Source of the DNA: Candidatus Obscuribacterales bacterium
GTDB lineage: Bacteria > Cyanobacteriota > Vampirovibrionia > Obscuribacterales > Obscuribacteraceae
DNA length: 64,000 bases
Assembly: GCA_965228855.1 (NCBI GenBank)
Contig: CBDDIJ010000005.1
Coordinates: 1,248,001 to 1,312,000 of the forward strand
Direction of reading: 5' to 3'
Shown here: piece after piece, positions 56,903 to 64,000 of the stretch
Numbering within the stretch: position 1 is the stretch's first letter
Layout: each line of letters starts with the position of its first letter
The notes under the pieces: model-generated
What the model was told of the DNA's origin: nothing
Databases searched by the model: none
Seen by the model: the letters and a program-made list of their open reading frames with translations, nothing else
Position numbers and translations under genes: made by a program

Positions 56903-57772
56903 ATGACGACAGGTTTATTGAAGCCAACGATTGCTATGGTGGCGATTGCAGCGACTTTACTGCAACAGGGCGCCGCATTTGCGTCCCCCTTAAAAGTCAT
57001 CAAAGGCACACCTGATGCGGGAATTCAGGCAAAGGTTAAAACAGAAACGCTAGGCTCGATCAAAATTCCTCAGGGAGCCGTCAAATTCAACGGTACGAAT
57101 GTCACAGTCGGAGCAGTGCCGGATTGGCTGTTCGACAGACACATCATCTTGACTGGCAAACTGATCGACCACAAAATTTCAACAGTCGAAGGACGTTCCT
57201 CAATTCAAGGTGTCATTTATTTCACCGGCGGAGACTGGCTCAGTTCCTTCCCCGATTCAAAACGTCCGGACAATTTGGAAATGGCTGATGGGACTGTTTT
57301 AGTTGGAAACGTTCGCGCGGTAAACGGTGACAACATCGATTTCCAGGTGCAGTCCGGGCAGACAAGGCGAGTTAAGGTTTCCGAAATTAGAAATGTTTTG
57401 TCGCCCCGCGCTATTGTCTTCAACATCCCGACCAGTGACGTGAAAGTGGATCCGACAAGCGGAGACCTGGATGGCGAAGCTGAAGGCGGTACCTTTAATC
57501 CCACTTACACATCGATGCGCCGCAAAATGTTCGGAAGAAGCGAGCCGAAACTTGTGGAGCCGAAGTCTACGCTGGCGGGCGCAGAGGGCGGCGTGACCAA
57601 AGGTCAGTTGACGACGATGATTATGCTCGATGTGGTGAACACGCTTGCACCAGCTATAGTGGCACCAATTGTTGCGCCTCTAGGCTCGCGAGGAGCCGTA
57701 AACAAACTACGTTCGGTAGGCGCGCAAGAGCAGCTTCAGGACGCGTCCGGTCTTTTCGTTGTCCCGAATTAG
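56903..57772 (+). CDS. Secreted hypothetical protein
   Basis: Signal peptide ending AAFA; beta-rich body; hydrophobic C-terminal segment. Confidence 0.7.
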   Translation: MTTGLLKPTIAMVAIAATLLQQGAAFASPLKVIKGTPDAGIQAKVKTETLGSIKIPQGAVKFNGTNVTVGAVPDWLFDRHIILTGKLIDHKISTVEGRSSIQGVIYFTGGDWLSSFPDSKRPDNLEMADGTVLVGNVRAVNGDNIDFQVQSGQTRRVKVSEIRNVLSPRAIVFNIPTSDVKVDPTSGDLDGEAEGGTFNPTYTSMRRKMFGRSEPKLVEPKSTLAGAEGGVTKGQLTTMIMLDVVNTLAPAIVAPIVAPLGSRGAVNKLRSVGAQEQLQDASGLFVVPN

Positions 57773-57822
57773 CAGCCTTTAGTCTCGACGATCGTTTCGA
57801 CCATCCGGAAGACGACGCGGAC

Positions 57823-60225
57823 TTAAGCGACACGAAGAATTCGCTGACGCACCAACTCCTCCGGACTCAGACTCGTGGTCGTGAATGTTGCCAACTGGTT
57901 CAGTTGGCTTAGACTCGTAGAATCTGAAATACCCATGCGCATTGCGTACGTTTGCGTTCGGTCCTCCCTGCTTGCATGCTGCAATGCGGTTTCAGCAATT
58001 GATTGGGAACTGAAAACCGGAATTTTAGCCATCATGTCGTTTCCGAGTTCGCTAATGGTACTACTTGCGATACCAAGCGCTTCGGCAGCGACAGACCTTG
58101 CGATACTGACAGCGTTGGGATTACCGCTTCGCGAGATTGAGAGAGATATTGAGCCAAGCGTATTTACCTCCTGGCTCGTCTGTTGAGCCGTTTCCATATT
58201 CTCTCTATGCTCAATCAAATTTTCGTTCGGTTCAGTGAAGAAGAAATCTTCGCCGCCATCCGCGCTTCCGCTGATAAATTCACCATCTCCGTCATACAAG
58301 CTACCTTCCGGATCGAGGTTCATTCCATTTTGTAGATCTGTTAAACCGCGGTCATCAAGGCTCCAATCATTGGTGTTAAATCCGGTATCAGGATTGAAGC
58401 CGAAGATTTGATTGTTGTCGCGATCGCTCAACTCGACCCTGTCACCATCCAGGTTCGCGACTTCACCGCTCTTGTCGTTTGTGACCTTGAGCGGCTGTTC
58501 CGGTTTCGCCGGCAATTCCGTGTGAGACAGAGGCTCGCCTGTTTGCTGATCGACTCGCGTGATAACGGCGTCCCCATCAGGCTTTACTTCAAGTTTTACG
58601 CCATCGACATCTGTTTTTCCGTCACCTTGAGCGCGCAGGCGAATGCGCTCGGCTAGCTCTTTCAGCCTGTTTGCTTCAGCGTCAGACGAAGGGTCATCGC
58701 TGTTTAATGCCGTGATCTTACCGTCCTTGCCAACAATACCAATTTGATCGTGTTCGTTGACGCGTAACTCTTGCCCTTTTAAAAACAGTCGAGAGCGCTT
58801 CTCATTGATGTCGGTAAGCGAATATTTGTCCTCTCCGTGGGTCTGCATGAGTAAACGCTGACGATCGTGACCGTCTCCGAAACGAAGTGCCGCAGTACCG
58901 TGAGGTCCAAGTTCTTTCCTGATAGTTTCTAAACGCTGATCCAACTGCTCCTGTGTCATCGCGCCCTTGAAGTCAGCAGCCGCGTCGACCGTCTGATTAC
59001 CACCGGCATCATAGTTGTAGTTGTAGAAAACACCATCCTGAATTTTCTGTTGCAGTTGGTCGCCTTTGAAGCGTTCGAGGTGATCGATCTTATATTGATC
59101 GCCGTCTTTGCTCAGGCGAACCTTTGCTGTAGAGCCATCACTCAACGCCAGATCGTAGTTGCCATCCTTATCCTGCTTAGCTACGACCTGGTCGCCCTTT
59201 TTAAGGAAGGTATCACCTTCGGGGGTTCTGAAAACAGCGACTTTCTCACCGCCAATTTCAGCCACACCGTCAGCTCTAGCATTCGGTGGCAACTCTAAGC
59301 CCTCTTTGGTCTGGATGTCGTAATCGAAATTGCCCATAGTATCTCGCGTCCGCTGTCTAAATTCCTGGCGCGACACATCATTGAGCTGAGCGATCTGACC
59401 AGCGGCCTGGGATGGAAGCTCGGGAGAGCCACCGCCTGCGGTACCACTCGAATCAAACGACCATTCACCTGCCGAGCCGTACATATCGAGTACGGAACTC
59501 AGACCATTTGAAATCGGCTGAGCCACATAGTCGTTAAACATGCTTGCCGCCCAGCTAGCCGTATCGCTGAGCATTTTGGAGATGCTGCCATCACTTGTAT
59601 CTTTCGTATCCGGCGTCGCGTCAGACGACGGTGCAGTAGTGTCGCCTATCAAAGCGTCAGAACTATCTGCCGCTGCCGGCGGTTTTGCTACCGAACTTTC
59701 GACTGACGATTGAGAAACTTCGGCTGCACGATTTCCATCGCCACCGCCACGAGCGAGGTCGGAACGCGCTTCATCGACAAATTGCGGTGAACCAAATATC
59801 GCCATTACACTGGCCGAAAGCTTGGCATTATTGAAAAGACTTCTGGCTTCAGGAGTTTTGAACTCACTGTCGACCTGATTGCGCAAATGGTCATTGGCTG
59901 CAGATGAATCGTCACTGGGATGATCTGCTTCCCGAGCCCCATCTGCATGTTCACTGCCGCCGCGGTGATGCGCTTGGGCAGCGCTGTCATTCTGTGCACT
60001 CGCCTTTGAATCGCTCTCAGATTGACTATCTCCGCTCCTAGCCTTCTTAGAATCTGAAGACTCCCTGGAACTATTCGAATCGCTCTTAGGCTTTTCCTCA
60101 CGCGAATCCTCTAATAGGCGATTGCTCGTCTCTTTAGTCGAGGACGACTTAGAAGCAGCGGCGTCATTCGGCGCTGCTTGCTCCTGCGGCTTAGTATTGT
60201 TTGCGGGGGGCGCTTGACCGGACAT
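57823..60225 (-). CDS. Large acidic hypothetical protein
   Basis: 800-aa ORF with disordered Ser/Asp-rich N-terminus, beta-hairpin-rich middle and helical C-terminus. Confidence 0.75.
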   Translation of the reverse strand: MSGQAPPANNTKPQEQAAPNDAAASKSSSTKETSNRLLEDSREEKPKSDSNSSRESSDSKKARSGDSQSESDSKASAQNDSAAQAHHRGGSEHADGAREADHPSDDSSAANDHLRNQVDSEFKTPEARSLFNNAKLSASVMAIFGSPQFVDEARSDLARGGGDGNRAAEVSQSSVESSVAKPPAAADSSDALIGDTTAPSSDATPDTKDTSDGSISKMLSDTASWAASMFNDYVAQPISNGLSSVLDMYGSAGEWSFDSSGTAGGGSPELPSQAAGQIAQLNDVSRQEFRQRTRDTMGNFDYDIQTKEGLELPPNARADGVAEIGGEKVAVFRTPEGDTFLKKGDQVVAKQDKDGNYDLALSDGSTAKVRLSKDGDQYKIDHLERFKGDQLQQKIQDGVFYNYNYDAGGNQTVDAAADFKGAMTQEQLDQRLETIRKELGPHGTAALRFGDGHDRQRLLMQTHGEDKYSLTDINEKRSRLFLKGQELRVNEHDQIGIVGKDGKITALNSDDPSSDAEANRLKELAERIRLRAQGDGKTDVDGVKLEVKPDGDAVITRVDQQTGEPLSHTELPAKPEQPLKVTNDKSGEVANLDGDRVELSDRDNNQIFGFNPDTGFNTNDWSLDDRGLTDLQNGMNLDPEGSLYDGDGEFISGSADGGEDFFFTEPNENLIEHRENMETAQQTSQEVNTLGSISLSISRSGNPNAVSIARSVAAEALGIASSTISELGNDMMAKIPVFSSQSIAETALQHASREDRTQTYAMRMGISDSTSLSQLNQLATFTTTSLSPEELVRQRILRVA

Positions 60226-60370
60226 GCGAAACTCCCAGGTTCACGGAACCTGTTGAAAGATAAGATCGCGCGGGTTAGTAAGGTAGGGAAGATAAGGACA
60301 GTTTATTTCCCCTACATCACCGCAGCGTGACATATGTCTTTTGAACGAGTTTGCTGTCTGTATCAGCCGA

Positions 60371-63300
60371 TTACCTGAGGGCCGTCACTCTTGGTTTTGC
60401 AAAACACTGGAATTCGCTTTGATTTCCGGACCCAAGGTGCATTAGAACCGCAGTAGTCTTCAGCAGCCGAGACGCTATCTTTCTGGTTGACGGATTCTTT
60501 GATTCGACAATCGCGCGCAGAGGGAGAACGCCGGTAATGGCTGAGAGAGTTGAGAATTCCGATTGATGAACCTTCAGATCTGAAACCATCGTAGTGGAAA
60601 CGCCACGATGCAAAACAGATTCGATGTGATTCACCGATGCGAAGTCCGTTCCGCTTCCGGCGGAAACGAGCATATGGCGACCAGGACAAATGGTCATCTT
60701 TTGCCCACGTACATCGAACGCCACCGACTCTTTGGACGTATCGTGGATGTTGTACACCGCGACACCGTTTCTGTTTGTTGAAACGAGAACGACCGCACCG
60801 CCACCAATGTGGAGCTTACCGAATTGCGTTTCCACCGTCATATCATGCGTAGGCACGAAAAGAGTCTTACCAGATTCAGGCGCTACCACGCTATCATGCA
60901 GAGCGATTCTGGAAACTCCCTTTAGAACCGGATTTGCGTCGGCACCATCTCCTGTAATTGCATCGTAGGCACTGTCTTCGATACAGAGATTTCCCGTGTG
61001 GAACTGGGCACTCGGTGAACTCGAGATAAAAACAGAATCGTCCGAATCGAAGTCCAACTCGGTTGCTTGCTCGGCAGTGATCAAGTTGAGTTGAGACTGC
61101 TGAATAGAATTGAGCGGCGCCAACTGTTTTACACCGGATGTGACACCACTTAAATCAAGTGACGTCAGTTGGCGGGTAGCCTCTTCCGCGCTCGTCGCCA
61201 GCTGAGCGGCAGAATTTGGAAGACTGGCACCTTTGATGATTCCCGAGGAACTCCCAGGGAATGCCGCGCTCGATAGCTCAGTCGGTGCAGGAACGGAAGC
61301 GGAAATTGTGAAAGCCTCAACTTGCGCGACCGCTGCAGCGTCGCCGGTCGGCGGGTCAGCAAATATAACGACGTTTCCGCCGAGAGTGATGTTCTTACTA
61401 GTGAACGGATTGCTGAAAATTACGTCGGCAGCTTTTGCGATAACACTGTTGTTACCCTTTCCGGTGACACCGTTGCCCCAGAAAATAGTGCCGCCGCTAA
61501 ACTCTTGGGACACAACGCCTTTTGAAGGCGGCGTTCCAGGCACCATCGTAATCGGCGTACCAAGTGCCAGTGTGATGTCTCCATTGCCAGGAGAGGCAAA
61601 AGTCTGCAAGGTGGTGTTAGCACCCAGCGCAATCTTATTCTTGGTGTTGAGGTTGTCCGTAATTTGCAGCAGTATGTCTTCGTTCGAATTTATCGTCGCA
61701 GCTTTGGTGGTGATCGAACCAGTTGAAATCACAATATTAGTATCATTCTGAGAACCTATGATACCGGATATGGTGACGCTTCCATTGCCGGTGTAATCGA
61801 AATCATTGTTTGCCGCTCCGCCGATGATGCTGAAGCTCTTCACGACATTACTCTGATCGAGCCAAACAGAACCACCTTCTGCAATCGCTGTAACACCACT
61901 CACGCCCTGGTTGATGGAATAGCGAGCGGCTGTACTGGTTCCGATCGAGCCCTGAGAGGTCAACTGGAGACGTGGTGTATTGATAGTTGCCGGAATTGCG
62001 GCATTAGTGATGTTGCCATTCGAGGAGAGCAGAACCGAATTGCTTCCGTTAATAGTGCCGTTCAATCCGCTAAACGAGCCGCTAGTGTCGATAACCACAT
62101 TCGGAGCACTGATAACGGCCGTGGATAGCATTGCGACGTTTGAGTCAGATTGAATGGAGAACGTCGACTTGCCCACCATAGTAGTCGTGTCGAGTAAAGT
62201 CCAGGTGCTGCCGTGAGTATTGTAGGCGAACACATCGCCTTTCTTTGTTCCGGTCACAAACAGATTCGCGGCATCAACCATTACTGGGTTCAGGTAGTTT
62301 AAGCCGGAACCTGCACCGAAGGACCCTATTAAAACCGTATTGCCGGTAATCGGAGTGCCGCCCGGAGTGCTCATGAAGGTGCCAGTCGAACCGAAGTTTA
62401 CAATGTCAGCCTCTCCGCTGAACAGCACCAATCCTTTGTTATAGCTGACGATGACAATCTCAGACCCGCCAACAGAACTGTCTCCCACCGCACTGATATT
62501 CGACGCGTTTGTCTGCAAAGCGACGATACCGCCAGCTCCTAGATTTCCAGTACCCAATTGAATAGACAGATTCTTTGTCGAGAAGAAGTTTCCATTTCCG
62601 ACATTAATGTTGTTAGCGTCGAGACTCACGCTGCCGTTGTTCGCATCCAAAGTGGTGATGCTGAACTTGGAGTCGGGAAGCCAGGACAAGTTTCCGTTCG
62701 TCAGCGTAAGGGAAATGGAGTCTTGAGCTTTCAGATTGCCTTGCACAACTAGCGGTGCTGGCGTGCCGACAGCGGTTCCAGCGGTCAGCTGTGAGCCTGC
62801 AATTATAGAACCATTCGCACCATAGATGATGCTTGCGCCAGATGTCGGCTGCGCGGAGTTAAATGTTATACTTCCGCCGGTTTCACCACCTGTGGTGTCC
62901 ACATTTGCAATCGCATTCGTTCCCGTCGACGCTCCAGCGATGAACGCAACATCTCCGTTAACAGAGCCGGAGCCCTTACCGCCAGTTGTGATGCTTCCGG
63001 CGGTATAGGTAATATTTCCGTTCGAACTGCCGTTTCGAAATGCGGCGAGCAGCACATCGCCACCATTGCCGGTCTTGCCGCCCGAGCGAGTATTGATGTT
63101 GAGTGCGCCGTTTACACCGAAAACGATATTTCCACCGGTAACTGATGCATTACCGGAAATTGTGGTTGATGTTCCCAGTGACGACGTAGGCAAGTTCGTA
63201 TCCGTACCGCCGCCGGAGGTAATTTGCGCCCCCGCGATTATGGTCACATCGAATCCCTGAGTGGAGTTGTTAGCGGTCAACGTCGCACTCGTCGAGTTAG

Positions 63301-64000
63301 TGATATCTCCCGTGGCTATAATCGTTAGCGCTTCGCCAACCACTACGTTTCCATCGATCGAAATGTTGCCATTGTTACTGTACGTCGGATCGCCAGTCAA
63401 ACAGATGTTTCCTAACGACAAGGTCGACGTGTCGGTGGCAACGTGGGAAGCGAAACCTTTCTGGTTTAACATTCCGGTCATCTCGTCAACGTCGATTTCG
63501 GCCGATCCGCGACCGGCATTAACATTGACTTCTTTGCTGAAGAAGTCACCACCGGTCACGTACGAATTGTACGTTCCGGCATAACCACTGTTGCGAATGT
63601 TGATTGCACCCTCGCGCGCAATTACAGTTCCGCCCTCATTAGCGATGGTGAGCTCTCCGTTGAACACACCGTCAAGCGTCACATCACCGTTGATCGAATG
63701 GATCAATCCTTTGTTATCAATTTTTGGTGCGGAGATCGACACATCTCCACGAGCCAGAAGTTGAGCGCCGGCACCATTCTCCACAAGGCTTCCTGCACTG
63801 ATATTCAAATCGCCGGAACTCGAAATCGTTCCTAGATTGCTTACCGTATCATTGCCGCGAATGTTCAAATCAACGGCATTAGAACCATTGGCAATACTGG
63901 CTGTAGAATAAACCGTCGGCAAATCGGTTGTGATAAGACCGCCAGTTTCGTTGACTACGTTGTCGGCCGAAAAGGTACTGCGGCGCACGTGCTGACCAGA
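60371..64000 (-). CDS. Filamentous-haemagglutinin-like beta-helical protein with FecR-like C-terminal domain; 5'-truncated by the window
   Basis: Frame is open to base 64000. G/N/T/S-rich beta-helix repeats (NLGTISSSGDLNISAG, GNGGDVLL); C-terminal FVP..DMTVETQFGKLHI...VAVYNIHD. Confidence 0.8.
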   Translation of the reverse strand, partial: SGQHVRRSTFSADNVVNETGGLITTDLPTVYSTASIANGSNAVDLNIRGNDTVSNLGTISSSGDLNISAGSLVENGAGAQLLARGDVSISAPKIDNKGLIHSINGDVTLDGVFNGELTIANEGGTVIAREGAINIRNSGYAGTYNSYVTGGDFFSKEVNVNAGRGSAEIDVDEMTGMLNQKGFASHVATDTSTLSLGNICLTGDPTYSNNGNISIDGNVVVGEALTIIATGDITNSTSATLTANNSTQGFDVTIIAGAQITSGGGTDTNLPTSSLGTSTTISGNASVTGGNIVFGVNGALNINTRSGGKTGNGGDVLLAAFRNGSSNGNITYTAGSITTGGKGSGSVNGDVAFIAGASTGTNAIANVDTTGGETGGSITFNSAQPTSGASIIYGANGSIIAGSQLTAGTAVGTPAPLVVQGNLKAQDSISLTLTNGNLSWLPDSKFSITTLDANNGSVSLDANNINVGNGNFFSTKNLSIQLGTGNLGAGGIVALQTNASNISAVGDSSVGGSEIVIVSYNKGLVLFSGEADIVNFGSTGTFMSTPGGTPITGNTVLIGSFGAGSGLNYLNPVMVDAANLFVTGTKKGDVFAYNTHGSTWTLLDTTTMVGKSTFSIQSDSNVAMLSTAVISAPNVVIDTSGSFSGLNGTINGSNSVLLSSNGNITNAAIPATINTPRLQLTSQGSIGTSTAARYSINQGVSGVTAIAEGGSVWLDQSNVVKSFSIIGGAANNDFDYTGNGSVTISGIIGSQNDTNIVISTGSITTKAATINSNEDILLQITDNLNTKNKIALGANTTLQTFASPGNGDITLALGTPITMVPGTPPSKGVVSQEFSGGTIFWGNGVTGKGNNSVIAKAADVIFSNPFTSKNITLGGNVVIFADPPTGDAAAVAQVEAFTISASVPAPTELSSAAFPGSSSGIIKGASLPNSAAQLATSAEEATRQLTSLDLSGVTSGVKQLAPLNSIQQSQLNLITAEQATELDFDSDDSVFISSSPSAQFHTGNLCIEDSAYDAITGDGADANPVLKGVSRIALHDSVVAPESGKTLFVPTHDMTVETQFGKLHIGGGAVVLVSTNRNGVAVYNIHDTSKESVAFDVRGQKMTICPGRHMLVSAGSGTDFASVNHIESVLHRGVSTTMVSDLKVHQSEFSTLSAITGVLPLRAIVESKNPSTRKIASRLLKTTAVLMHLGSGNQSEFQCFAKPRVTALR

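Noticed and set aside
19447..60286. Recurring CTA(A)CCTTA-like motif upstream of several genes (19447, 42720, 46720, 60279)
   Set aside because: Only 8-10 nt, degenerate and at inconsistent distances; cannot be distinguished from chance by eye.
1..64000. CRISPR arrays, tRNA/rRNA genes, IS elements
   Set aside because: No regularly spaced repeats, cloverleaf or rRNA signatures, or transposase ORFs were recognised by manual reading.

Overview
Bacterial genomic window using code 11, with TGA as an ordinary stop. The gene content (tandem MshEN-motif protein, Cys-rich Ser/Thr kinase, large low-complexity orphans, FHA-like protein) suggests Melainabacteria/Vampirovibrionia, Obscuribacterales-like; this is an inference. 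Bases 1-10 kb are an accessory locus. It holds a GC-rich RHS/YD-repeat gene, open at the window edge, whose region after DPxGL is a Gly/Asn/Ser linker ending in a tiny CX3C-X9-CX3C hydrophobic peptide rather than an enzyme. Seven tandem paralogous ~240-aa LolA-like genes without signal peptides follow it (candidate poly-immunity or carrier array). Next is a periplasmic beta-carbonic anhydrase whose frame is intact except for one in-frame TGA exactly at the Zn-ligand Cys of HxxC, followed by a stem-loop; it is either a selenocysteine enzyme or a nonsense mutant. The rest is mostly signalling, transport and metabolic genes. Further points of interest: an 80-codon ORF missed by the track (TTGACA promoter, GGAGG, ATC start), a Fur-box-led ligase/MFS/PepSY operon, a candidate leader peptide and RNA structure upstream of SulP, and a defence-type nuclease-like domain fused to a TPR/membrane protein. 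No rRNA, tRNA, CRISPR array, transposase or integrase was recognised.
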